This document shows, one piece after another, positions 1-9,042 of a stretch of 64,000 bases of DNA. Below the pieces are notes generated by a model. The model searched no databases. It was not told the origin of the DNA and saw only the letters and a list, made by a program, of their open reading frames with translations. This DNA is from an uncultured delta proteobacterium (GTDB taxonomy: Bacteria > Desulfobacterota > RBG-13-43-22), in contig CAVQFQ010000004.1 in assembly GCA_963711835.1 (NCBI GenBank), forward strand, positions 128,001 to 192,000. The letters are read 5' to 3'. The position numbers and the translations under genes are program-made. The first letter of the stretch is position 1; every line of letters begins with the position of its first letter.

Positions 1-1568
1 CAGATCTGGGGAAGAACGGTATACGACCCCTGCCCCATTTCCGTAATGCCGGTAAACAGCAGCACCGAGCCGTCCTCATGCACATAGACATTGGCCCCGC
101 AGCCGTCACCGGCGGTGCCGATGCTCGTCCGGTACCAGCCCATCCCGACGCCGATCCCCCGCCTTTTGGTCTTTTCGGTATCGATATAGCCGGTTTCCCG
201 GGAACGTCTCTCCCAGTCAAATTCCCGGGCGCAGGCCTCCAGGGTCTCCCGGAGTCCGACGCTCTGGTCCAGGATTTGGCCGGTAGCCGTGGCCGAGCCC
301 AGTTTAAAAGCGTTTTTTCGCCGAATCTCCAGGGGGTCCATCCCCAGTTCCAGGGCCAGTTCGTCCAGGATCTGTTCATGGGCGATATGGACCTGGGGAG
401 CCCCGAAGCCCCGCATGGCCCCGCCGTAGGGATGGTTGGTATAGCACAAGTAGGCGTCCACGCTGACGTTGGGGATTTCATACGGTCCGGGCATCATGAT
501 CATGGAATGGATATGGGATCCGCCGGCCGGGGGGATCACCGGCCCCAGGCTGGCGTAAGCCCCCTGCTCGTCGTAGATGGTCCCGGCCAGGGCCGTTAAG
601 GTCCCGTCTTTCCGGGCCCCCAGCTTGATGGTCATAATCATCGGGTGCCGTTTACAGGTTTGAATGGTTATCTCTTCCCGTTCCAGGGCCAGCCGCACCG
701 GCCGCCCCGTATGCCGGGCCAGCACCGCCGCCCGGCAGCCGATGTCGATCGGGGAATCCTCTTTGCCGCCGAAGCCGCCGCCCATGGGCACCTGGCGGAC
801 GCGCACCTGATTGATCGGCAGCCCCAGGACGGCCGCCAGGTTCCGCCGGGTTGTAAAAGGGGCCTGCATGGGACCTTCCACCAGCATGGTTCCGTCGGCC
901 TGGGGTACGGCCATGGTTACGTCCGGCTCGATATAGGCGTGCTCCAGGAAGGGCACCTGATAGGTCCGTTCGATGATGACTTCCGCTTCGCTCCAGCCCT
1001 TTTCCAGATCTCCTTTACGGAGTTTGTTTGAGGAGAGCAGGTTCCCCTTTTCATGAATCTTCGGGGCGTCATCCTTCAGGGCCTCACGGGGATCCAGCAC
1101 GGCCGGCAGGGATTCATACTCTACCTCGATGAGTTCCAGGGCCTGATGTGCGATCCTCTCCGTTTCGGCCGCCACCAGGGCCACGGCGTCCCCGACATAG
1201 CGGACCTTGTCTCCGCAGATCACCGGCTGGTCGGGGATGATGGCCCCGAAGCCGTTCCTTCCGGGCACATCCCGGGCGGTCAGGACCGCCGCTACCCCGG
1301 GGAGCGCTTTCGCTTTTTCGGTCCGGATCGACCGGATCAAAGCGTGGGGAAGAGGACTTCGCAGAATTTTTCCGTGAAGAAACCCCGCCTGCCCGTAATC
1401 CGCCCCATACATTAATTTCCCGGTGACCTTGAGCCGGGCATCGGTCCGCTGAACGGATTGGCCGGCCACCGCCAATTCAGCCTGGGGAGTTTGCAGGAGC
1501 CGTTGAAAATCCAATCTTTCCCTGGTAAGAACCTGGACTTCTTTTTTACCTTCGTCTTGGTTGCGCAT
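1..1568 (-). CDS. Xanthine dehydrogenase/aldehyde oxidoreductase family molybdopterin-binding subunit (runs off window start; absent from ORF track)
   Basis: Manual translation from ATG at 1568 gives RTDARLKVTGKLMYGADY, LRSPLPHALI, LEHAYIEP, MGGGFGGKE, AMRGFGAPQ, EMGQG motifs; open to position 1. Confidence 0.92.
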   Translation of the reverse strand, partial: MRNQDEGKKEVQVLTRERLDFQRLLQTPQAELAVAGQSVQRTDARLKVTGKLMYGADYGQAGFLHGKILRSPLPHALIRSIRTEKAKALPGVAAVLTARDVPGRNGFGAIIPDQPVICGDKVRYVGDAVALVAAETERIAHQALELIEVEYESLPAVLDPREALKDDAPKIHEKGNLLSSNKLRKGDLEKGWSEAEVIIERTYQVPFLEHAYIEPDVTMAVPQADGTMLVEGPMQAPFTTRRNLAAVLGLPINQVRVRQVPMGGGFGGKEDSPIDIGCRAAVLARHTGRPVRLALEREEITIQTCKRHPMIMTIKLGARKDGTLTALAGTIYDEQGAYASLGPVIPPAGGSHIHSMIMMPGPYEIPNVSVDAYLCYTNHPYGGAMRGFGAPQVHIAHEQILDELALELGMDPLEIRRKNAFKLGSATATGQILDQSVGLRETLEACAREFDWERRSRETGYIDTEKTKRRGIGVGMGWYRTSIGTAGDGCGANVYVHEDGSVLLFTGITEMGQGSYTVLPQI

Positions 1569-1610
1569 GCCTTCTACCCTTCGCTATCCCATCAAGGAAT
1601 AGACCAGCTC

Positions 1611-2084
1611 TTATTCCGTGGTTCCGGCAGCCGCCTGAACCGCCTGGACGATCTTCTGATAGCCGGTGCAGCGGCAGAGGACCCCGGAAAGGGCCTTTCG
1701 GGTTTCCTCTTTGCCCGGATTCGGATTTCTGCTCAGCAAGGCTTTGGCGTTCAGAATCATTCCCGGGGTGCAAAACCCGCATTGAACGGCCCCGGCTTCA
1801 ATAAAGGCCTGCTGGACCGGATCCAGGGAGCCGTCCGGCCGGGCCAGACCCTCGATAGTCGTTACGGACCGGCCGTGGACTTTCAGGGCCGGCAGGATGC
1901 AGGAATTCACCGGTTCGCTGTCCAGCAGGACCGTGCAGGCCCCGCATTCCCCCTCCCGGCAGCCGATCTTGGTGCCCTTCAGTCCCAAAACATCCCGGAG
2001 CAGGTCAACCAGCAGGGTGTCGGGGGATATCTTCAGGTTTACGACCCGGCCGTTTAATTGAAAATGGAGATCAAGGTTGCTCAT
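1611..2084 (-). CDS. Molybdenum hydroxylase (2Fe-2S) small subunit, CoxS-like
   Basis: GCREGECGACTV, QCGFCTPG, LCRCTGY motifs. Confidence 0.95.
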   Translation of the reverse strand: MSNLDLHFQLNGRVVNLKISPDTLLVDLLRDVLGLKGTKIGCREGECGACTVLLDSEPVNSCILPALKVHGRSVTTIEGLARPDGSLDPVQQAFIEAGAVQCGFCTPGMILNAKALLSRNPNPGKEETRKALSGVLCRCTGYQKIVQAVQAAAGTTE

Positions 2085-2097
2085 GGAACCCCTCTAT

Positions 2098-3021
2098 TTA
2101 TACAATGGAAAAACCGGCCTGATCCAGGGCCCTCTGAATGGACCGGCGAACCAGGACCTGGATCATTTCCTGCCGGTAATCGCAGGACCCCCGCAACAGA
2201 CTGTCCCGGGGACTGCATTCCTGGACCGCCGCCGCAGCCGCTTCCCGAATGACCTCCCGGGTAAGGGCGGCACCCGTCAGGCGGACCTCGGTCGACCGGG
2301 CCCGGTAGGGAGTCGGGGCCACCGGACCCAGGGCTACGGCGGTCTCGGCAAAACACTTTTTCTCCGGGTCCACTTTGACCACGGCCGCGGCCACCAGCAT
2401 GGGCAGGGTCAGGGCTTTGCGTTTGCTCAAACGGATGTAGCTGCCTCCCTGGTTGGGCTGGAGTCCTTTAAAACGAATTCCCGTGAGTATTTCCCGGGCG
2501 CCGTCCAGCACGGTTTTTCCCAGGGAAAGAAAAAAATCGGTCAGCGGGACCATCCTTTCTCCGGTCTTGGAGGCCAGGATGACCGAGGCCTGCAGGGCCA
2601 GCAGCGGGATACTGGTATCGGCGGCCGGCCGGGCGCTGATCAGGTTACCGGCTACGGTGGCGATGTTCCGGATCTGGGGAGAGCCCACGGCAGCGGCGCC
2701 GTCGGCCAGCAGGCCGGCCTTTTCCCGGATCAAGGGGGAAGCGGCGGTCTGGGCGTGGGTGACCAGGGCCCCCAGGCGGATTTCCTCCCCTACCTGGGTG
2801 ATGGTGTTCAGTCCCGGGAGGCGGCTGATGTCCACCAGGACCTCCGCCTCGATATCCCGCCGGCGCAGTCCGGGAATGATATCCGTTCCCCCGGCCAGGA
2901 CCCGGGCCTTTCCCTGAAAGCGCTCCAGGAGTTCCAGGGCTTCCGGCAGAGACTCCGGGAGGTGGTAGGCCTTTACCGGGATATCGTGGGACCAATGCAG
3001 TTCTTTAAAGGCAGTTGCCAT
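2098..3021 (-). CDS. Molybdenum hydroxylase FAD-binding medium subunit, CoxM-like
   Basis: LAGGTD, VGSPQIRNIATVAGNL motifs; operon context. Confidence 0.93.
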   Translation of the reverse strand: MATAFKELHWSHDIPVKAYHLPESLPEALELLERFQGKARVLAGGTDIIPGLRRRDIEAEVLVDISRLPGLNTITQVGEEIRLGALVTHAQTAASPLIREKAGLLADGAAAVGSPQIRNIATVAGNLISARPAADTSIPLLALQASVILASKTGERMVPLTDFFLSLGKTVLDGAREILTGIRFKGLQPNQGGSYIRLSKRKALTLPMLVAAAVVKVDPEKKCFAETAVALGPVAPTPYRARSTEVRLTGAALTREVIREAAAAAVQECSPRDSLLRGSCDYRQEMIQVLVRRSIQRALDQAGFSIV

Positions 3022-3030
3022 ATCACCCTC

Positions 3031-3744
3031 TCAGGTTTGAAGAGATTTTCCGGCCCGGATCCCCTTTTCCCGGGGTCCCGGGGCTTCCGTCCGGCCGGTC
3101 CTTTCGGAGGTCTCGGCAATGGCCTCCTGCATCCGGCGGTTATGCCGCCGCATCACCTGCTCCGCCTGCAGCGGATTTCGCTTACCGAAGGCTTCTACCA
3201 CTTGTTGATGATCGGAATACAGGTCGGGAAGAATGGGGGTAACGTCGCAGACCAAAGGACGGGACCGGCTTTTAATGATGTCCAGTTGTTCTTTGAGCAT
3301 CCAGTTGCCGCAGGAATCATACATAAGCTGGTGAAACTTGAAATCCGAAACGGAATAAGCGAGCAGGTCTTTTTTCCGGATGATCGCCGCCTGTTCAGCC
3401 AGGATATGCTTCATCTGGCTGACCGTTTCCGGATCCATCTTTTGAGAGGCCAGGGCGGCGGCCAGTCCTTCCAGGACCTCGCGGACCTGGTAGAGGTCCT
3501 GGGCCATCTCCAGGGTCATTACCGCCATCCGGATCCCTTGATTGGGGAGATGGGTGACCAATCCTTCTTTCTCCAACTGCTTCATGGCCTGGTGGATGGG
3601 AGTCCGGCTGACGCCGAGTTCTTTGGACAACTGTTCCAGGTTGATCCATTTCCCCGAAGAGAAACGGTGCGAGGCGATCATGTCCCTTAAGGACCGATAG
3701 GCCTGTTCCTTCAGGGTAAGCCGTTGGAGTCTGGAATCGGACAT
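3031..3744 (-). CDS. GntR family transcriptional regulator (FCD domain)
   Basis: LSKELGVSRTPI wHTH; YQVREVLE and DFKFHQ FCD motifs; ATG at 3744 preferred. Confidence 0.92.
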   Translation of the reverse strand: MSDSRLQRLTLKEQAYRSLRDMIASHRFSSGKWINLEQLSKELGVSRTPIHQAMKQLEKEGLVTHLPNQGIRMAVMTLEMAQDLYQVREVLEGLAAALASQKMDPETVSQMKHILAEQAAIIRKKDLLAYSVSDFKFHQLMYDSCGNWMLKEQLDIIKSRSRPLVCDVTPILPDLYSDHQQVVEAFGKRNPLQAEQVMRRHNRRMQEAIAETSERTGRTEAPGPREKGIRAGKSLQT

Positions 3745-3966
3745 GGGCAAGATTCTCTTAGGAGCAGCCTGCCTCGATATCCGATATAAGTCAACATAAA
3801 TTTAATTTTTAGTAAAATTTTAATTAGATTTTCCAAAAATCAAGACAGGAGAAGACTTCCCGCTTGACCGTCCCGGTCACCGGCAGTCCCGGCCTGAAAC
3901 CCCCTGCTTTCGGGAAAGGCCAACCTGTCCTATTATCCTGGCCATTTCCCCCGGACAGGCATCGGT

Positions 3967-4006
3967 TTTCAACTTGACTCTCCTTTTCCGCCTATTTTAT
4001 ACTCTC
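3967..4006 (+). promoter_or_regulatory. Sigma70-like promoter, copy 1 of a 40-bp direct repeat
   Basis: TTGACT (3974-3979), 18 nt, TATACT (3998-4003); 38/40 identical to 5107-5146. Confidence 0.7.
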
Positions 4007-4074
4007 TTATTAAGGGTCTCAAAATAATAGTGACCACCAGGGACCGAAATAGAACGCTCGATAAGGAGAAGATC

Positions 4075-4950
4075 ATGAAGGAAGACTGGCTGGCCAATGC
4101 CTATGAAGGGATGTCCCGACGGCAGTTTCTCGCGCGGATGAGCCTGGCGGGTTTCAGCCTCGCGGGCTTTGCGGCCGCAGCCGATCCGCTGGAGGGCGAA
4201 GTCATCACCACCCCCGCCCGGGGGCTTGTAGAGGGGGAAGGAAAAGTTCCCTGCGGCGATTTCCAGATCCCGATCTACGAGGCCCGTCCGGCAGCCCCCG
4301 GACGTTATCCGGTGGTGCTGGTAGTTCCCGAGATTTTTGGGATGCATGCCCACATCAAGGATGTCACCCGCCGATTTGCCCGGGAAGGCTTCCTGGGCAT
4401 CACTTTTGAGCCTTATGCGCGGGAAGGCGGCGTCCTGCACCTTCCCGACATAGCATCCGTGCGCAAGGTAGCGGACCAGGTTCCTGACGCACAGGTCATG
4501 GGGGACATAGACGCCATCGTGGCTTATGCCAAGGGGCATCCGGCAGGGCAGGCGGATCGGATCGGCCTGACGGGTTTCTGCCGGGGAGGGATGTACACCC
4601 TGCTCTTCGCGGCCCACAGCCGCGAGCTGAAGGCCGCCGTCGCCTGGTACGGGCAACTCCGGCCCCCCAAAACGCCAGGTGTCCGTTCGGCCGGACCCCT
4701 CGATCTGACCGCACAATTTAAAGCGCCCATCCTCGGCCTTTATGGAGAGGCGGACCTGGGCATTCCTGCAACCGACGTCAGGGAAATGGAAGCGGCCCTC
4801 AAGGCCGCCGGCCGGACGGCGGAATTCGTCCTTTATCCGGGGGCGCCGCATGCTTTTTATGCGGATTACCGCCCCAGTTATCGGGCGGAAGCCGCCGGGG
4901 ACGCCTGGCGACGCTGCCTGGCCTGGTTCAATAAATACCTGAAAGGGTAA
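4075..4950 (+). CDS. Dienelactone hydrolase family protein with Tat signal peptide
   Basis: SRRQFL twin-arginine motif, PEIFG, GFCRGG nucleophile, HAF; AAGGAG RBS before ATG 4075. Confidence 0.92.
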   Translation: MKEDWLANAYEGMSRRQFLARMSLAGFSLAGFAAAADPLEGEVITTPARGLVEGEGKVPCGDFQIPIYEARPAAPGRYPVVLVVPEIFGMHAHIKDVTRRFAREGFLGITFEPYAREGGVLHLPDIASVRKVADQVPDAQVMGDIDAIVAYAKGHPAGQADRIGLTGFCRGGMYTLLFAAHSRELKAAVAWYGQLRPPKTPGVRSAGPLDLTAQFKAPILGLYGEADLGIPATDVREMEAALKAAGRTAEFVLYPGAPHAFYADYRPSYRAEAAGDAWRRCLAWFNKYLKG

Positions 4951-5106
4951 AACAATAATTGCGCCGTGGTTAACCCGCCGTCAAGTTCTCACCGGGTTGG
5001 CGAAAGTGCTGGGTGGGGCTGTTTTGGCTTTTGTGCGCCATTGGATCGGGATGCCGGCAGTCCAAGCCCAGAATCCGCCAGCGTCCCGGATTTTTTTGCC
5101 CTCTGA

Positions 5107-5146
5107 TTTCAACTTGACTCTCCTTTTCTCCCTATTTTATACTCTC
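5107..5146 (+). promoter_or_regulatory. Sigma70-like promoter, copy 2 of the 40-bp direct repeat
   Basis: TTGACT (5114-5119) and TATACT (5138-5143) upstream of the MerB-like gene. Confidence 0.7.
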
Positions 5147-5236
5147 GCCATCAAAACCAACCTCTGAATAAGATCGGGATCATCGGAACAGAGCGCAGCT
5201 TTTCCAAACATAAAAACAAAAAAGGAGGACCAAGCC

Positions 5237-5944
5237 ATGAGTAATCCCACACTATTGGATCAGGCTTTTCAGACCATCATGAAGCGCATGGTGGAAACCG
5301 GCCAGGCCCCTTTCTACACGGAACTGGCTTCCGAACTCGGTCTTTCGGTGGAAGAAGGCAGAAAGACCCTCCACGATCTCTTCTCCTCCGGTATACCGGG
5401 ATGGCTTTACCCCCGAAGCGACCTCATCGTTTCCTTTGCGCCTTTTAACAACCTGCCCACTCAGTACCGCATCACCATTGAAGGCCATCAGAAATGGTTC
5501 GGGCAGTGAGCCTTTGAATCGCTGGCGGTCTGCTGGCTCTTCCCCGGTAAGAAAGTGACCATAGATTTTCCCTGTCTCGATTGCGGCGAATCCCTCCGGG
5601 TCGTGCTTCAGGATGGCCGGATACTGAATGACCGGGAATCGGCGGGTTATATGACTTACGTCTCCGTGCCTTTCTGGAAATGGGTTGAGGATCCAAGCTA
5701 TGCCTGAAGCACCATGAATCTCTTCCGGTCGGAAGAGCATGTGCGCAACTGGGCCTCCTATGTCGCAGGAACCGAGGAAGGGATAACGCCGCTGCCCGAT
5801 ATGCTAAAGCTTTTTTCCGGTCCCTATTTCAAACGGCGGATGGATGAGGACTATGTCTCCCATATCTTTGAATACGTCCGCGAGATGATCCCAACTATGA
5901 AAGAGATTAATAAGACGGGACCCTTCTGGAAGCGACCGAAATAG
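5237..5944 (+). CDS. MerB-like (organomercurial lyase fold) selenoprotein, 235 aa, two Sec residues (U91, U157)
   Basis: Single frame from ATG 5237 to TAG 5942 interrupted only by TGA 5507 (WFGQ-U-AFESL) and TGA 5705 (YA-U-STMNLF); N-terminal HTH, PF..PTQYRI and PCLDCGE motifs; SECIS-like hairpin after each TGA. Confidence 0.85.
5521..5537 (+). promoter_or_regulatory. Bacterial SECIS-like hairpin 1
   Basis: GCUGGC-GGUCU-GCUGGC stem with two G.U pairs; loop begins 17 nt after UGA 5507. Confidence 0.65.
5709..5744 (+). promoter_or_regulatory. Bacterial SECIS-like hairpin 2
   Basis: CUCUUCC-GGUC-GGAAGAG perfect 7-bp stem (5720-5737) on a lower CAUG/CAUG stem; loop begins 19 nt after UGA 5705. 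Confidence 0.8.
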
Positions 5945-6317
5945 GTCGGCTTGGCACTGGCAAAGAAAGGAACAAACCGACGAAAGGATTCGATAGACTG
6001 GCTTTCCTGGATGCCCTGGCCCGGCCAGGCTGATAAGTAGAAATTTTGGGATAGTGATGGAAATTAACCTGATCTAATTTAGAATGGTTCATCTTATGTC
6101 TTTACCATTCAATCCTTAAAAGCCGCCTGGTGGAATGGGAGCGGTGAGAGTTCAAAAAGGAGGGAAACTCGAAAGCGGTTCCTAATGCCCTCTCGCCTTG
6201 CCCAACGATTTCCATAATTATGGTGAGTGAGGAAAAGAATGCTGAAAACTTGCTGATTATAGAATCAAAGGAAATTGGAATGGCCGAGATCATAGATCAG
6301 GCCTTTAGGGATTGTGA

Positions 6318-7709
6318 TTGACCATGTCACCCTCTTACGATGTCATCATTATCGGTACCGGGCCTGCGGGGATATTCGCCGCCCTGGAGCTTATTAAGAA
6401 TCCCCGCCTGAAAATCCTCATGATCGAGAAAGGCAGCGACATCAAGGCCAGAAGTTGTCCCATAGCCGGGACGTCCGTTGCCTGTGTCCAGTGCGACCTC
6501 TGCAGCATCCTCTGCGGCTGGGGAGGGGCTGGGGCCTATAGCGATGGGAAACTCACCCTGACCTCGGAATTCGGGGGATGGCTTAAAGAGTATCTTTCCG
6601 AGGAAGATCTGGCCGCTCTGATCGAATATGTGGATTCGGTTTACCGCTTTTTCGGGGCCGGAGGAGATATTCACGGCCAGGACAAAGAGGGTCTGGCCCG
6701 TCTGAAGAAAAAAGCCGCCGGGTATAACCTGGAGCTTATTCCGGCATTGATACGGCATATCGGCACAGAGGTCTGCGGAGAAGTGTTGCGCAAAATCCGA
6801 GACACGCTGGAGGGCAAGGTTGAGCTGGTATTCGATTCGCCGGTACAGCAGATCCGGACCGTCGACGGCTTTGTTTCCGGGGTCATGACCGAAGACGGGC
6901 GGACCTTTGAGTCCCGGTTTGTTATCACCGCCGTTGGCCGGGAAGGGTCGACCTGGCTTTCCGGAGAAGCCAAACGGTTGGACCTTTCGGTCCAGAAGAA
7001 TCCGGTTGATATCGGGGTCAGGGTTGAACTTCCGGCAGCTATTCTGAAAGATATAACCGATGTGGCCTATGAGGGAAAGTTCATCTATTTCTCAAAAAAA
7101 TTTCACGACAAAATCAGAACTTTCTGCATGAATCCCTATGGAGAGGTGGTCAAGGAATACAGCGAAGGCATATTCAGCGTCAACGGGCACAGCTACAAAA
7201 ACAAAAAGACGGAAAATACGAACTTCGCCCTCCTGGTGAGTACCGATTTCACCAGACCCTTTAATGATCCTATATCCTATGGGAAAACCATCGCCGGCCT
7301 GGCCAACCTGCTCGGCGGGGGTGTCATCGTCCAACGGCTCGGGGATCTGAAGATGGGCAGACGGTCAACACCGGAGAGAATAGCCGAAGGCTCTGTGCGC
7401 CCCACCCTGGAAGACGCCACACCCGGAGACCTGAGCTTCGTGCTGCCCTACCGGCATCTCAGCAACCTTATGGAGATGCTCGAGGTGCTCGATAACGTGG
7501 CCCCCGGGGTGAACTCGGGTGATACGCTCCTTTACGGCGTAGAAGTCAAGTTCTACTCCATGAAGCTCAAGCTCACCCCTGGCCTTGAGACGGAAGTCAG
7601 GAATCTTTTCGCCGTCGGGGACGGTGCGGGAGTAACCCGCGGGTTGATCCAAGCCTCGATTTCAGGAGTCGTGGCGGCGCGTGAGGTTTTAAAAAGCGGC
7701 CAGGAGTAA
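6318..7709 (+). CDS. NAD(P)/FAD-dependent oxidoreductase with N-terminal Cys cluster
   Basis: IIGTGPAG Rossmann motif, GWGGAGAYSDGKL, RTFCMNPYG, GDGAGVTRGL. Confidence 0.9.
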   Translation: MTMSPSYDVIIIGTGPAGIFAALELIKNPRLKILMIEKGSDIKARSCPIAGTSVACVQCDLCSILCGWGGAGAYSDGKLTLTSEFGGWLKEYLSEEDLAALIEYVDSVYRFFGAGGDIHGQDKEGLARLKKKAAGYNLELIPALIRHIGTEVCGEVLRKIRDTLEGKVELVFDSPVQQIRTVDGFVSGVMTEDGRTFESRFVITAVGREGSTWLSGEAKRLDLSVQKNPVDIGVRVELPAAILKDITDVAYEGKFIYFSKKFHDKIRTFCMNPYGEVVKEYSEGIFSVNGHSYKNKKTENTNFALLVSTDFTRPFNDPISYGKTIAGLANLLGGGVIVQRLGDLKMGRRSTPERIAEGSVRPTLEDATPGDLSFVLPYRHLSNLMEMLEVLDNVAPGVNSGDTLLYGVEVKFYSMKLKLTPGLETEVRNLFAVGDGAGVTRGLIQASISGVVAAREVLKSGQE

Positions 7710-7838
7710 CCTGCGACGTCTCCTACCGGGGGGAAGGGTTGAGGGATATATCATGTAAAAGGGGACGTTCGTTCCGAAAGTGCAGAAAAAATTAGCATGG
7801 GGACTGGGACGTCCTTAAATTCCGGGAATTAAATTGAT

Positions 7839-8010
7839 ATGGCCCGCATGCACCCCGAGGATATCGAAGGGCTGGAAAGCCCCACTGAGGGCGAACGGAA
7901 GGTCTTTCCTTTCCTGCGGTAGGCGGCCCGGCCGGACCAGGATTTTATCGGCTGGTATGCGCCTGCCCTCGAAGTAGAGGGGAAAGAGCCCGACTTCGTC
8001 CCCTTCGGTA
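7839..8010 (+). pseudogene. 5' fragment of NERD-domain nuclease gene, copy 1
   Basis: MARMHPEDIEGLESPTEGERKVF, in-frame TAG at 7920; visibly homologous to 10396-10570. Confidence 0.75.
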
Positions 8011-8165
8011 GACTTCCCCGATATAAAAAAAAGAAAAGGTCAAAAGAAAAAATTTTTTTAAATGGCTCTTTCGGGCCCTTTTTTATTCCCGGAGACTCCT
8101 ATGAAACGGGTATTGACAATCATCCTGATTTTTTTGATGCCCACCCTCGGATTTCCCTAATAAAT

Positions 8166-8210
8166 AATGTTTGCAAAAAGGATTATTATATGATCCAATC
8201 TGCAAAGATT
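8166..8210. promoter_or_regulatory. Imperfect inverted repeat, candidate AbiEi autoregulatory operator
   Basis: AATGTTTGCA...GGATTAT/ATGATCC...TGCAAAGATT directly upstream of abiEi. Confidence 0.55.
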
Positions 8211-8232
8211 ACTTTGAGCAGGTTTTTGGATA

Positions 8233-9042
8233 ATGGCCAAGGGGAAATCACAATATACCGATTTGCCAAGCTGGGTAGATGCCCGGCAGACTCAGGGTCT
8301 CTATTTCTTTACCAGGGAGGAGGCCCTGAAGGCCATAGGGTTCAGCGAGGATGCCTTTAAACAATCGGCGGCCCGGTTGGCCAAGAAGGGTAGAATCGTC
8401 CGGGTCCGTGGAGGCTTTTTCGTTATCGTTCCTTTGGAGTATGCCGCCACTGGCATGGTTCCCCCGGAATGGTTTGTTGGTGACCTGATGGAATATATCG
8501 GGCAACCTTTCTATGTGGGTTTGCTCAGTGCCGCGGTTTTCCATGGAGCGGCCCACCAGCAACCGCAGCAGTTCCAGGTAGTGACCACCGGACCTTTACG
8601 AGAGATCCGGATAAAAAGTCAGTCGATGCGATTTTTCGTGAAGACTGGGTTCGAGAAAACCCCCAGGACTCAATTCAAGGTCCAGACCGGGTTCATTCCT
8701 GTTTCCACACCTGAGGTTACTGTCTTTGATCTGCTGCGTTATGCCAGATCAATCGGAGGTCTTGACCGGATTTATACTGTGCTCCAGGAGTTGGGTGAAA
8801 AAATGGACCCTTCTAATCTCGTGGCCGCGGCCAAAGCGGATGGAAATCTGACCTATGCCCAGCGGGCCGGATGGTTATTGGAAAAGGCCGGTTTTTCGAA
8901 GGCTGTTGAAAAATTGGCCGACTGGTTGGTGAAAAAACATCCGGTTCTGGTCAAGCTGGATCCTGGTGTGAATATGAAGGATGCCCCAAGGGATAATCGT
9001 TGGGGTATTATAGCCAACACCACCGTGGAGGGGGACCTGTGA
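8233..9042 (+). CDS. Type IV toxin-antitoxin antitoxin, AbiEi family
   Basis: YVGLLSAAVFHGAAHQQPQQFQV, VSTPEVTVFDL motifs; GTGA overlap with toxin. Confidence 0.9.
   Translation: MAKGKSQYTDLPSWVDARQTQGLYFFTREEALKAIGFSEDAFKQSAARLAKKGRIVRVRGGFFVIVPLEYAATGMVPPEWFVGDLMEYIGQPFYVGLLSAAVFHGAAHQQPQQFQVVTTGPLREIRIKSQSMRFFVKTGFEKTPRTQFKVQTGFIPVSTPEVTVFDLLRYARSIGGLDRIYTVLQELGEKMDPSNLVAAAKADGNLTYAQRAGWLLEKAGFSKAVEKLADWLVKKHPVLVKLDPGVNMKDAPRDNRWGIIANTTVEGDL

Noticed and set aside
78-3690. Long plus-strand ORFs such as 2077-3690 (537 aa)
   Set aside because: Antisense shadows of the minus-strand molybdenum hydroxylase/GntR operon in GC-rich DNA; no motifs.
4951-5060. Possible integron attC site after the hydrolase gene (TAACCCG...CGGGTT)
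   Set aside because: Weak R-box match, no L boxes, no similar sites after other accessory genes and no integron integrase.
5237-5944. Reading the locus as a nonsense-mutated pseudogene or two small genes
   Set aside because: Both stops are TGA at catalytic-Cys-equivalent positions with SECIS-like hairpins, which fits Sec recoding better.
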